NCBI GenBank assembly: GCA_964016885.1
Contig: OZ024743.1
Coordinates: forward strand, 57,598,001 to 57,662,000
Source of the DNA: Eledone cirrhosa
Lineage: Eukaryota
Direction: 5' to 3'
DNA: 64,000 nucleotides
Part shown: piece by piece, positions 43,614-58,004 of the stretch
Numbering within the stretch: position 1 is the first letter of the stretch
Layout: each line of letters begins with the position of its first letter
Position numbers and translations under genes: made by a program
Notes under the pieces: model-generated
Told to the model about the DNA's origin: nothing
What the model saw: only the letters and a program-made list of their open reading frames with translations
Database searches by the model: none

Positions 43614-43624
43614 GTATATATATG

Positions 43625-44076
<452 letters not shown>

Positions 44077-44665
44077 AAGAAAAAAAGATGAAATCGAAAA
44101 TGCATCTGGAGTCTTATTTTCTTTTAAAATCTATATATTTATTTGGTTCCTTTACCGGTTTCGCAGTTCTTCTGCTTTTCAAAAGTAGAGTTGAGATGGA
44201 GGGTCTGTGGTTTTTCTCACCAGATGTGAGAAAAACCACAGACCCTCCATCTCAACTCTACTTTTGAAAAGCAGAAGAACTGCGAAACCGGCCAAGGAAC
44301 CAAATAAATATATATATTTAAAAAAAAAATAAATCTCCAGTTGCATTTTCGATTTCATCTTTTTCTCTTTATGCTTTCACTCGTGTAGGACACCTCGGTT
44401 ATTTTTCATTTTGTAAAAAAACCCTCACTTTCTAATATATATATATATATACAATTGAGATGGACAGAACGAACAAACATTAAACAATTCCTTAAAACAT
44501 TTTTTAAATGATTTAAATATCTACCTGTTCATAATGCCACCGCCGGCGGTTTCGCTCCACAAAAGATTAGAAATTCAGAGAGTTTCTAACGGAAAAGTAA
44601 AGTTCATCAGATAGCTATTTCCCCTCTATAGGATCAAGTCCCACAGCCTACATATATATATATAA

Positions 44666-44704
<39 letters not shown>

Positions 44705-44880
44705 ACGAAGGAAATGTGGTAAGGAACCAAGTGGACCATAACGCACCAAAGTACTCAATACTTAGGGTAGTATAGTGGGTAATAGGAACAAGTAAGACTA
44801 ATATGTCCAGAATTAGCCGTCGAAACGGCTTGAGCTCAGCCGTCGTGGTCTTACTTGTTCCTATATATTTATATATATAT

Positions 44881-45451
44881 ATATGAAAATATGGGTGAGA
44901 AGAATACTGCTGGTTGCACATGGATAACATGTCATAAAATGAGTCCCTCATCAGTGATTTACCAAACGGTCATGGGTATTTCATCGCATTAAAAATCATA
45001 TACCTCACGTTGGAGCGATAGTAACTAAAATAAGTTATTAGGACAATAGAAACGCGTAAAGCGAGTGAGACAAGTAAACAACACAGGGGGAAGCTAACCG
45101 AAGATGGAAATAAACACAAGCAACATAGTTATTCTTTCAGCATAAGCTGTGTGAATATATGAGCGAGTCAGAAAACAGACCTTTCGCTAGTGAATCCGGT
45201 GTTAGAAAGAATGAAAACCGTTTTCCCAGCGAACGAGAGGAAGAAAGAAGGGGAGAAACAGGGACTGAGTGAGTGGGAGTGCGAGGAAGAGGTCAGTAGA
45301 GAGAAAGAGTTAACTGACATGGCAGAGGGGATGAAAGGAAGTAAGAGAAACAGAGAGAACGAGGGAGCAGTAAGAGAGAAAGAGAGAAACACAGAATTGC
45401 AGTTTGGGTAAATATATGAAAATATGGGTGAGAAGAATACTGCTGGTTGCA
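44881..45451. mobile_element. Repeat fragment with 38-bp direct terminal repeats between (TA)n
   Basis: ATATGAAAATATGGGTGAGAAGAATACTGCTGGTTGCA at 44881 and 45414. Confidence 0.5.
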
Positions 45452-45475
45452 TATATATATATATATATATATATT

Positions 45476-45549
<74 letters not shown>

Positions 45550-45727
45550 GTATATATATATATATATATGTAGGCTGTGGGACTTGATCCTATAGAGTGG
45601 AAATAGCTATCTGATGATGTGTGTGTGTGTGTGTGTGTATGTAAAAGCTAAACAGAAATAACAACACAATCGGTACAGTATATGGAAGGTATATATTAGG
45701 TTAACGCTTGATATAGCAGGAAGAGGG

Positions 45728-45763
45728 TCTTAACGTTTCGGACGCGAGTCCTTCATCAGAAGA
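45728..45763 (-). ncRNA. Minimal hammerhead, inverted copy of 23555-23590
   Basis: Exact reverse complement. Confidence 0.85.
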
Positions 45764-45886
45764 AAGAATGCGAAATAAAATAGATTAATGGGACGGGAAG
45801 GATAGAATTAGAAAAAACGTTTTTAGATAAAAATAATATGTCCATTCATGTTGACATCTCTTGCAAAACTGTTGGTGCTGGCGTTT

Positions 45887-45941
<55 letters not shown>

Positions 45942-46454
45942 CGATGGAAACGCCTTTCTTCCTTTCTCCTCCTGTTCCGTCCTAACCACCATCCTAAACC
46001 TTGTTTTCAGTAAATAAAGAGGAAAACTCTGATATAACACCTGCAACCCTGATGGTATCCAATGATGTTGACTTGTTCTTCTTTTTGGTAAATATCATCT
46101 TGGTTAAGAGAGTGGGACTGGCTTTGTGCAGTGCCTTTGCTCACTATAAAAGCTTCACGGCACAGGCATCCTTTATATCTGGAGATCTCTCTGCACTTGT
46201 CGTCACATGGTACGATGGGCCCAGCACTATGTGTCAATAATTGTCAGAGTTTTCAAGTTGCTGGCTGGACTAAACAGTCGCACTCGTTCAGCGCATCGGT
46301 AGGGGTTTTCCTACTTGGATATAAAGTAGTGGCCGTACTCGAAAACGAGTTGGCAGCCACCATGTATGTATGTATGTATGTATGTATGTATGTATGTTGT
46401 GTTTATATATCTACCAACCTATTTTCTCTCTCCTTATGTATATATATATATATA

Positions 46455-46667
<213 letters not shown>

Positions 46668-46700
46668 CCACATACGGGTATATATATATGTATGTGTGTA

Positions 46701-46749
<49 letters not shown>

Positions 46750-46916
46750 GAAAAGAATCAGGACCCCCAGCAGGCTTAGTTCGGATGTAGGTGTCGAAAC
46801 GGCCGGAGCTCAGCCGTCAGAGTATTGATTCTTTTCCTATTACCAACCCTACTAGCCTAAGTATCGAGCACTCTGGTGCGTTATGGTCCACCTGGTTTCT
46901 TACCACACTTTCTTTG

Positions 46917-46980
<64 letters not shown>

Positions 46981-47254
46981 TTACATATACGAGGTCCAGT
47001 CGACTAGAACACGTAAAAGTGTAAAACAGAATATATACATCGTTTTATGATAAAAATACAAACGCGGTAAATCACATGATACTACTCAGTTTCATATATT
47101 TGTGCCAATGTTCAGGTTATATCGGAAAACCGAGTGAAAAAATAAATATTTTTCCTAGCATTTTGTTGGTTGGATGTGGTCAGCTAGTGACATTGAGTGC
47201 CCTTTGTTTGCTATGGTAATATCAGAAGAGATAGAATAAAATGTATATATCTAT

Positions 47255-47530
47255 GCGAGGCACGTGGCCTAGTGGTAATGGTGTTGGAGTTACGATCATA
47301 ATGTCAAAAGATCGATTCCCGGACTGGGCTTTGTGTTGTGATCTTGAGTAAAATACTTCATTTCACGATGCTACAGTATACTCAGTTGTAAAGGAGTACC
47401 AGTAATAACTGGGATTTTACCCTGCGATCGACTGGCGTCCTGTTCAGGGGGTTACTATACTTTGAGTCGCTTCAGGCCACGAAACCGGGATAAGCCTCCT
47501 GGCCTGATGAGCCTAATGGTTTGAGACATA
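47255..47530 (+). mobile_element. tRNA-derived CORE-like SINE, near full length
   Basis: A-box GTGGCCTAGTGG, B-box GATCGATTCCC, CORE-like GTGTTGTGATCTTGAGTAAAATACTT; similar head at 59335-59500. Confidence 0.7.
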
Positions 47531-48275
47531 CTTTAGACTTTAGATATATCTATCACAATGCATTTGGAAATTGAAGAATAGTTAATTTAGAATCTTCCTC
47601 TAGCATAATAGACATTGTATTCTCATTATTCCTATGTTCTAATAAAGCATGCATGTCATGAAGAAAGGTGGTTTCTGGAATATTGGTCCTCAGGAATAAC
47701 AGCCCCCCCCCCAAAAAAAAAAACATGAGTCCTGGGTTCAATCGGGGTCACCACAGCAAATAACATACTCAATACATTAATAGAGTGTAAACACCATGTT
47801 TAATATAGAAATGGCTTCTACAGTACTAGAACTCTTTCATTCAAAAGAAATCATCAGGATAGAACCAGTTTAAAACTAGTTAGGACATTACTCTCAGTAT
47901 TCGATACTTCGGTAAGGTGTAGAAACGGCAAAAGTTCAGCCGTCGGGTCTCGACTCTATATAATATATATATAAAATGAAAAGGAGAAGAGATGTTATCA
48001 CATATTCAACATCACATCGTACCCATTATATACATTTTTAAGGCATAAAAATGTCGTTATTCAATAGTTCCCCGGCGTGTTGTCGTCAGATAGATATTAA
48101 ATGTAAATAAAAATAAAGTTTTGTTTTTGATTTTGATATGTTTCCGATCGAAGAGATGTTGACATATCTGTTTCATATGCTATATGAACGCTATATGAAC
48201 GCTATTGCTGGCAAGCCACCAGACAGAACAGTGGGACTATGCTGGCAGTAGGTAGTGTATGTAGGTAACTTTATG

Positions 48276-48346
<71 letters not shown>

Positions 48347-48878
48347 ACTTTTTTTTCATTTATATATATTATATATATATATGATTTATTTATACATATC
48401 AACGCGGCTAGAATATCGCATCCATTTGTCAGGAAACTAGAGATTACCAGTTAAAAACTAATTCCATTATGGGTGTTTTATCCCAGCCATATCTCTTCAT
48501 GAAATACATATAATAAAATAACAATAAATGAATATCATAAGACAAATATCAAGAAAATGATAGGATTTAAAGTAAGGAGCATTGGGGCAGGCAGTTAACA
48601 TTTCAAGTGTAAATTTAGCATAAGCTTGTATAAGGTTTTCAAATTATAAATTATTTATTTATCAGTACTTATTCGGAAAAATATGTTAAAACTACGAATT
48701 GGTTATAGCAAAGGCTGCTAAAAAAATGTCCCTAAAATTTTAGGGCAGTACGTTGAATTATTTGTAATAGAAAGATTTGGAAATATTCAGGAGATTTTTC
48801 GTTACGCAACGTCAGATGCAGGTATAGAAGAAAATGCTATATATGGAATATTTTCACACACACACACACACACACACT

Positions 48879-48991
<113 letters not shown>

Positions 48992-49082
48992 ATATATATA
49001 TAGTTACCTTTTATTTTTCTAATCAGGTTCTTCTAAAGTAAAACTAATTTTATATCGTTGAGGCACTTCAAGTTCAACATCT

Positions 49083-49141
49083 CACTGATGATCCTAATTA
49101 AATATTGAACTTCACTATTTCAAAGGTGAAACATAGTTCTG
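49083..49141 (+). ncRNA. Candidate hammerhead with 36-nt stem II
   Basis: CA CTGATGA T CCT..TTGAA-loop-TTCAA AGG T GAAA CATAGT TC TG; short stem I and weak stem III. Confidence 0.5.
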
Positions 49142-49428
49142 TAGCAATTAAGGAATTATGTACGAGAGAGTAAAATAGTTAATAATTTAATGTAAGATGT
49201 GTTCTGTTTGATATTTTTGTTACACTCACTATACTGCTCATTTGTAATTATATGTTCTTAAATTCTTTGCAAATTATCTCTTTTTTTAATGTTTAATATA
49301 TTTCTATATATGTCATTCACTTTTGAATTTATATTAAACGCTCGGAAATTTTTCTTTGAGCTTCCTTTGTAGGCGATATGGTACGTATCTGTAATTTTCT
49401 CAGACACGACATCTTTATCATTTTAGTA

Positions 49429-49459
<31 letters not shown>

Positions 49460-49473
49460 TATATTACATATAC

Positions 49474-49581
<108 letters not shown>

Positions 49582-49839
49582 GCCTGGTCGTACTCCTGAT
49601 ATAATTCTCAGGGAGATTCAACGTAACATAGTATGTGACAAGGCTGGCCATTTGAACTACAGTGATGGTCCATGCAATGGCATCCAAACAGTTTCTCATT
49701 TTGTTTTATAGACGTTGTGGGATCGATTCAGGGATCTAATGATCACGAAACGATCTCATTTAGCCGTATTGTGTCTCCAAACATACAAACACACAAACAT
49801 ATACATACATACAGAAACAAAAGCCATATATATGTATTA

Positions 49840-49878
<39 letters not shown>

Positions 49879-49882
<4 letters not shown>

Positions 49883-50208
49883 TGAAAGGGTAATAAGGAC
49901 GATTGATTATTCCTTCATTGCATTTATTGATAGGTGACGCGCGTCACCTATCAATAAATGCATTTTAAAAGGGTCCGTCGAGCTGCCGATTATTGAGTCG
50001 GGTAGGATCGATATAGATCGAACCTTGAGCTGATCAGTGGCGAAACGCGCGTCACCTATCAATAAATGCAATGAAGGAATAATCAATCGTCCTTATTACC
50101 CTTTCAATATATTAAACTCTGTATAGCTCTACACCTCATCACAGAAGTGAACCTAAACATCGAGTGCTCTCACGGGTGAACCTGCAGTAACTCCTAGTTA
50201 CACCCCCT

Positions 50209-50211
<3 letters not shown>
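49879..50211 (+). mobile_element. Fold-back PLE-terminus element with long-stem-II hammerhead-like motif (49971-50057)
   Basis: Arms 49879-49943/50046-50112; GGGT CCGTCGA GCTGCCGATT...GATCAGTGGC GAAA CGCGCG TC ACCT; 3' end also at 19443-19502 (rc). Confidence 0.65.
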
Positions 50212-50259
<48 letters not shown>

Positions 50260-50398
50260 AAATTCATGTACTTTCAGTTGTAGTTTTTCTTTCTGTCGTT
50301 ACGTTTTCCAATATTTGTTCGGCCATGTTGTGTCTCCATACATACAAACACACAGACGTAAACATACACACAGAAACACACGCCATATATACTGTATG

Positions 50399-50481
<83 letters not shown>

Positions 50482-52237
50482 GAAATTTATTTACTACCCG
50501 TTGTAGTTTTTCTTTCTGTCTTTACGTTTTCCAATATTTGTTGTATTTGTTGATATCCTATACATTCATGCCAGATATTACATAATATTGCAATGTTTAC
50601 AGGAAAGATTAGTTCTGTTCTTATTTGGGTATTTTTTTAATGCATTTAACTTTGTTGAATTTCCAGCTACTTTGCAAGGGGTTTCATTCTTCTATATCCC
50701 AGCAATTCTCAAAACGAGGCAAATTATATGTAATCAATCAAATTATTATTGAATATTGAAGAACATGCCATCTTAATGTTCATTCAACTTTTGATCTACT
50801 CACAGGAATATTGGATTAATCCAGTTTGTACAACTTGCAGAACAAACGGAGCGCAAATTAACAAAGTAGTATCTTAAAGTGTTCCGAAACCTTTCCAAGA
50901 ATTATCTAGCCATACATAATAAACTGCGTGCATTACTGTTTAATGAATATTGCTTGCTTTTCTAACTAGCAACAATCTGTCTTCTATGTTTATCTGCACA
51001 CTGAATTGGTGTATTGCCAACTGTTGGATTTTGAGATTAATCTTGGGTTGAAGTTGTAATGAAAATAAGACTATTCAAAAGTTGTTATACCGTTTATAAT
51101 GGAACTGAGAATATAACAGATTTTGTGTGTATTTTGTACGGCTATAATGGCGATTATACGATGAAATTGCATCAATTTCAAATCATTGTCTAATATCACG
51201 TAACTTGACAAAGGAAGTGCCACTCCGAATTTTTAAAGCTTGTGATACCATTTATATATGTGTGTGCTACGCTGAATTTTCCTGAGAACTACAACTATTT
51301 ATGAAATGCTCAGCCACTTACATGTTAATTTCACGAGCAAGCAGTTCTGTTTTTCGAACAACTAGAACACACCGTTGGAGCCGACTGAGAGTCCACGACA
51401 GCGTCATACTGGAGTAGCCATCGTATTTGATGGTGACAGCACATAAAATATTTACATCTAAGCTGCATGTTAAATATTGAAGTGAGCTGTATATTAGAAT
51501 AGCCATCACACCTGATGGTAACAACACATAAAAGCTGTAGATGCAAACTGATGGAAAATCATTTCTCTTTTGTATTTATTCATTGTTCCACGTTTTGAAG
51601 AATTTCTTCACTAAATCTCTCATTGGGAGAAATCTCTCTTACATATGCAGCCAACTGTGTAATCTTCGCTCTGTCACAGATTGCTTCCCCCAAAACCAAT
51701 GTTGGTACATTAAGTCAAAGAATAAATACATTTTATTCAGGATGAAAACACACAGCATATAATTCCAGGAAAATGAAAACAGATTATAAATATGTGAAGG
51801 ACAACAAACACAATATCAACAGGAATATCGAACAGCAATATGGTATTGGGTATTAATTTATGTATTGTAAATCAATATATAGAACTGATTCCCAAAAGCT
51901 TTATGGGAAAATCGATGGAATCATATAAACCCCTTCTAATAAAGAATCTTTACGCGAAATGCACCCAGCATAAACCAGTTTCACTAAAATATTGTGCTAG
52001 CGAGAAATTCTCTATAACTTATCTCTTTGTTCATCTAACTGTGCAATGATAGATTCTTTGCTGTTATATATATAGATATATATATGTAATTAGAAGAATT
52101 CACAGGACATGTTAATTAACAGAAGTATTTAGAGTTAATCTGACATATAGTTTCTATAGCAACTATATATCTCAGATTACAACAGATTGTCAAAAATTTA
52201 GCCTTGCTTAATAATCCTTAAAACATTAGTTAATACT

Positions 52238-52650
52238 TCTTCTTCTTCTTCTTCTTCTTCTTGAGTAGGTGGTGGGCACAGACTCCTCAAAACTCCTAGC
52301 GGCTCACGTCAGAAGCAACCATCTCCAACTAATACGGCTGGATCCCCAGGTGAGACCAGCCAAGGTCATGGATGTTATCCAACCATCTTGCTTGGGGTCT
52401 ACTCCTGGGTCTCCCGCACTTTGGTTTTGCCCGTAAAATCTGGCCAGCAACTTTTTCCTCAGACCTTCTAACCACATGCCGTTAATATCGGAGCTCCGAT
52501 CTTTCAATTAGGAGAAGTAGCGGCTCTGCCTGGAGTGACTCTCTGGTATCCAAGCTACACACTCTAGCGAGTAACGTTACTGTAAAGAACATTCGGAGGG
52601 AACCCCATTTCGGCTGCTTGTATTCGCGATCGTATTCTTTCGGCTATTAC
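52238..52650 (-). mobile_element. RTE-clade (Rex3/Expander-like) LINE 3' end with (AAG)n tail
   Basis: RIQAAEMGFLR..EPLLLLIERSELRY..HVVR..GRPRSRPQARWLDNI; (CTT)n at 52237-52263. Confidence 0.8.
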
Positions 52651-53324
52651 TTAAATCTCGACAAGGAAAATCTATATCACTGACTCCTAATACATGAGAA
52701 TTACTATCTAATTAACTACCCGGTAGTACTTAAGAAGAAAATTTATATCACTGTAATATAACATATATTAGTGTACAAAGCACCAAACTTTTCCCATGAT
52801 GTCACATACAAGGCTAGGTGGACATGTTATAGCTTAATTGCTATAAATGAATGTTTTATTTCTCGTCTCTTAATCCACTGGACAGCGTATTGGCTTGTAT
52901 CAGAAGCTGTGACCCCAGGGGTGGAAACTTCCAAAGTCCGTCTCAACGGCCGATGACCCTGGAGTTCTGTATCTTTCGTTAGTATTTTCATTCTTTAAAA
53001 AATACCACGCAATGTTTTGTAGTACGCTCCAACGACCTTGTCAATCCAACAGCCCGTGGCAGCTTCTAATATTAAACATGAATAAATTCCAAATTTAAAT
53101 ATTTATAAATTAGAATAAGACGTAAGATCAATGCAATCCTAACTAGTTTTAACCGACTGACAACGGTAGTTACTTTAATACATATCGTTTTGATGAGCAG
53201 ATCATTAGATGTAAATAGATGGAGGATGGCTGATTGCCTGCGCTGCTTAGATAGCCTACAGCAGTTAACTGTGATGTTTTCAGAAGGGAAGACAACGACG
53301 AAAGTCACGAAGAAAAACACACAA

Positions 53325-53690
53325 CTAACACCACAACCACCACCACCACCACCACCACAACTACCACCACCACCACCACCACCACCACCACTACCACCAT
53401 CACAAACACGCACATCACAACCGCCACCGCCATAACTTCCACCATCGCTTCCACCACAAACACAACCACCACCACCACCATCACCACCACCACAACTACC
53501 ACCATCACAAGCACGAACATCACAACCGCCACCGCCATCACCTCCACCACAACCACCACCGCAATCACCTCCACAACAACCACCACCACCTTCACCTCCA
53601 CCACAACCACCACCACTATCACAAAGAAGAACAACAACGACGCCGACGATAACAAACAACAACAACAACAACAACAATGACGACAACAAC
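53325..53690. repeat. (CCA)/(ACA) low-complexity repeat
   Basis: Direct inspection. Confidence 0.85.
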
Positions 53691-54159
53691 AAAGGAAAAC
53701 AAACGAGCAAACAACAAACAAACAATAGCTTTCATTAATACTTTCATGAAATATTCTTCTAATTACTCAAAAAATCAATAAAAATAGGTAAAGCCAATAT
53801 TGATCTAAGTTTAATGGAGAAAGAAAACAGAGATACTGTAAACCGAATATTTAAAAACTGCAAATATAACATTCTACTTCGATTTCTAGGAGATCGATAG
53901 AGGTGAAAGACAAGCTAGCGGCAGCAGCAGCAGCGGCGGTAGTAGAAGAGGAAATGACGGAGAAGGAAGGAAAGGGGGAGATAAATAGCCGGAAGATAAC
54001 AAAATTATCTTTGACATTTATCTTTTGGCGATGAGAAAATGGAAATTTTATGTTTTGACGTCAAATATAGGGTCACGTGATGCTATGGAGTTCTTTTAGC
54101 TTTTTTGACAAGAGAATCCTAGAGACCTTTCGTTTGTTTATATTTACTATTAATATTAT

Positions 54160-54352
54160 GGGCAGTGGGTTGGCAGTATCGGTAGAGGGTCGGACGCCAT
54201 ACTTTGTAGCATAGAGTTACGGCCCTTTATGATCTGATTTCAAATCCCGCCGAGGTTAACTTTGCCTTTCACCCTTACGGGTCGATAAAATAATGTACCA
54301 GTAATACACTGGGGTAATTGCTGGCCTTGTGCCAAAAGTAGAAACAATTTTT
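54160..54352 (+). mobile_element. SINE family A, near full length
   Basis: GGGCAGTGGGTTGGCAGTATCGGTAGAG head, TTCAAATCCCGCCGAGG B-box, Meta-like core; another full copy at 63038-63230. Confidence 0.72.
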
Positions 54353-54503
54353 ATGAGCAGTGGGTTGGCAGTATGTTCTGTCGTACATCATCTTGTTTCT
54401 GTGCGTTGTGTGCTTTGTTTGCGCAAACTAAGCACACAGCACACAACACACAAAAACAAGATGGTGTAGGACAGAACAAAGGAGAGACACACAATAAGAA
54501 CCT

Positions 54504-54548
54504 AGTCACTGAGGAGGTCACAGAATGTGTGACGAAAGAGCTTTGATA
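54504..54548 (+). ncRNA. Type I hammerhead in fold-back PLE-terminus fragment (54374-54720)
   Basis: GTCA CTGAGGA G GTCAC AGAATGT GTGAC GAAA GAGC TT TGAT; upstream inverted arms within 54374-54478. Confidence 0.7.
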
Positions 54549-54986
54549 ATATAAGGAACCATCCGGTTATCGAACCAACCAATCAGAAATGTATAATAAA
54601 TTGAAGTGAAAGCCAAGAGGTGCGTGTGTTTTTATTGGCAGCACGACACTCTCAAAGTATAACATAATCTATTTCAACACACATTTTCAGATAAGAAATC
54701 TTGCAAAACAAATTCAAAAACGAAGTATATATATATATCCGAAATAGATTTAATTAAATTAAATTAAAGGAGTCATGTCCGAGACATGCGCCATATCCAT
54801 TGTAGAATAAGCTCAAAGATTCCAATGAATAGATCCGAGCATTTTATATTAACTAGAAGATTTGAAGATCTAGTTAAACTTTAATTAGTTACCTACCTAA
54901 CTGTGTGTGATTAAACACTTTACAAATTATCCTCTGTGATTGTTTCATGTGTTTATTTTAAATATATATATATATATCAATCAATT

Positions 54987-55077
<91 letters not shown>

Positions 55078-55239
55078 TATCCATATGTGGTTGACGGCTG
55101 GGAGAAAGGATTACTCATTACCGAAGTTGAGTTTTAATATTCATTTTATTAACGCTGGAATTTCGGAGTAACAAGACTCATTATTCAGGCTTAATAAAAA
55201 TGAATATATATATAAAACATACATACATACGTATATATA

Positions 55240-56690
55240 CGAGGTGTGTCAACAGTTCCAGGACTGATGTCACAAAAGATTTATTTCAAACCCAAACTTC
55301 ACACTAGGAGTTTTCTCCTTGAAAGTAATCCCCCTGGAGTCTAATGCACTTTTCCACCCTTTTCTGCCATGCTTGCATGCACTCCTGGAAGGATTCTTCC
55401 GGGATCCTCCGCAGTTCCGTCGTCACGGCCTTTTTGATGTCGTCCACGTCTTCAAAACAACAAAGGAAAACAAACAAGCAAACAACAAACAAACAATAGC
55501 TTTCATTAATACTTTCATGAAATATTCTTCTAATTACTAAAAATATCAATAAAAATAGGTAAAGCCAATATTGATCTAAGTTTAATGGAGAAAGAAAATT
55601 GAAATACTGTATACCGAATATTTAAAAACTGCAATGATGACCCCCTTGAGCTTGGGGAATGGGAAAAAGTCACACGGAGCCAGGTCGGGGGAGTAGGGAG
55701 GTTGCTCCCACACGGCATGTTCTTCTCGGCCAGGAACTGTCGGATGCTCATGGTGAAGCAGCCACGAGTTGTCCTGCCACAACTCTCGCCTCTTCTCGCG
55801 CACTGAACAAAGCAAACGCTGCAGTATCTCTTTGTAGACATGTTGGTTGATCGTCTGGCCCTGTAGCAAGAACTCGCAGTGGACGATTCCCCTCACATCG
55901 AAGAACGTGATCAACATGACCTTGACTTTGGACTTCGACTGTCGTGCTTCATTCGGCCTTGGCGACGACGGACTCTTCCACTGAAGGCTCTGGCGTTTGG
56001 TTTCCGGGTCGTACTCGAAGATCCATGACTCATCACCGGTGATGACTGTCCCTAGCAAGTCTGGTTCGGTTTCAAGACACTCGAGGATGTTCTGGCACAC
56101 TTGCATGCGTCGACCCTTCTGGTCATCGTTCAGCAGTTTTGGCAACATCTTCGCGCAGACTTTCCGCATGTCCAAATCTTCAGTGAAATTCTTCCAGACG
56201 CTGTCCCGATTCATGCCCAGCTCATTTGTCATCAGTCGAACAGTCAGCCAACGATCGCTACGCACCATCTGCCTGACGCGCTCAACGTTGACCCCAGTCC
56301 TGGTTGTTGAGGGCCTTCCGCTCCTGGGGTCATCTTCCACGTCCGCGCGTCCTTCTTTAAACTTCTTGCACCACTCAAAAACACGTGAACGTGACATCGA
56401 CTCATTTCCATACACTTGCTGCAGCAATCCCAGTGCTTCTGACAGAGTTTTCCCCAACCGTACCAGAAACTTCAAGTTTGTTCGTTGCTCTGTGCTCATT
56501 GTTTGACGACCTGAAACAGAGGACATGTATATCAAATTATGAAAAAAAAAAGTTTGATCGCTGCAGAGAGCTAAGATTACAGTTACATACTCCAGGGGGA
56601 TTACTTTGAAGGAGAAAACTCTTAGTGTGAAGTTTGGGTTTGAAATAAATCTTTTGTGACATCAGTCCCAGAACTTTTCTTACACACCTC

Positions 56691-56691
<1 letters not shown>
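55240..56691 (-). mobile_element. Tc1/mariner (DD34D, irritans-like) transposon with ~100-bp TIRs and TA flanks
   Basis: TA|CGAGGTGTGT...ACACACCTCG|TA; TIRs 55240-55340 and 56589-56691. Confidence 0.92.
55304..56499 (-). pseudogene. Mariner transposase, disrupted by a deletion at the second Asp and a 180-bp insertion
   Basis: EQRTNLKF HTH, DDPRSGRP, ITGDESW, LLHH(deleted), YSPDLAPCDF; C-terminus FEDVDDIK..GDYFQGENS resumes after the insertion. Confidence 0.9.
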
Positions 56692-56754
<63 letters not shown>

Positions 56755-56831
56755 CGAAGGAAATGTGGTAAGGAACCAGGTAGACCATAACGCACCAAAG
56801 TACTCAATACTTGAGGTAGTAGAGTGGGTAA

Positions 56832-56897
<66 letters not shown>

Positions 56898-57862
56898 GTG
56901 TGCGTGTGTGTGTGTACAGACATGCATTTCGGTTTGCAAACACGACAAAAATGTTCAGTACCAAAGTAGAGAATATTATATATCATATATATTATATATC
57001 TATTATATATCTATTAGATTACTCTCTATTGATAATCCGAGTTTCATGGATAGTAGCTGATCACAGTACTACCATTCCAAGTACAATAACAAACCCTAAA
57101 GAAAATAGATTTATTCGGGATATATTTACAATCGTACAGGTCGAGGTACTAGGACTTATTGAACGGAGACAAGGGGGAACATTCATATTGCGAAACGGGG
57201 CAGGAGATTTTCTAAATTAAAACGCAAGAAACGATATATACGAAGGGAAGCATAGGATTGTTACGAACAAATTTGAGCAGTAACCTGGGAACTAACAATA
57301 ACAAGACACAAAGAAGATATGAAACGAAGTGCTTTGATCACTTTAACAGTTAGGTTAGGGTTAGGTGTGTGACAAAGATCTGATTGGAAGTTTGTAGGAC
57401 AACAAGTAGTGGGGTCAATACAGTAATAAGAGAGAGAGGTAAGAACAAAGAGTGAGAGGGTGACAATATATATATATATATATTAGAAAATGAGGTTTTT
57501 TTACAAAATGAAAAAAACAACGAGATGTCCTACACGAGTGAAAGTAGAAAGAAAAAAGATGAAATCGAATATGCAACTGGAGTCTTTTTAAGAATATTTA
57601 TTTAGTTCCTTTACCGGTTTCGCAGTTCTTGTGCTTTTCAAATGTAGAATTGAGATGGAGGGTTTGTGGTTTTTCTCGCAGAGCTTATTTATTGAGAAAC
57701 ATGTCCGTCAAACATACTAAATACGTATTGATATTTTCACATATATATAGAAAAACCACAAACCCTCCATCTCAATTCTACTTTTGAAAAGCATAAGAAC
57801 TGTAAAACAGGTAAAGGAAACAAATAAATATTCTTAAAAAGATTCCAGTTGCATTTTCGATT

Positions 57863-57939
<77 letters not shown>

Positions 57940-57945
57940 TCTCCC

Positions 57946-58004
<59 letters not shown>

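Noticed and set aside
47255-47330. tRNA gene
   Set aside because: A/B boxes are present but there is no intact cloverleaf, and the sequence continues into a SINE body.
53072-53725. Gly/Cys-rich 217-aa ORF
   Set aside because: Reverse translation of a (CCA)n low-complexity repeat; no splice or domain evidence.
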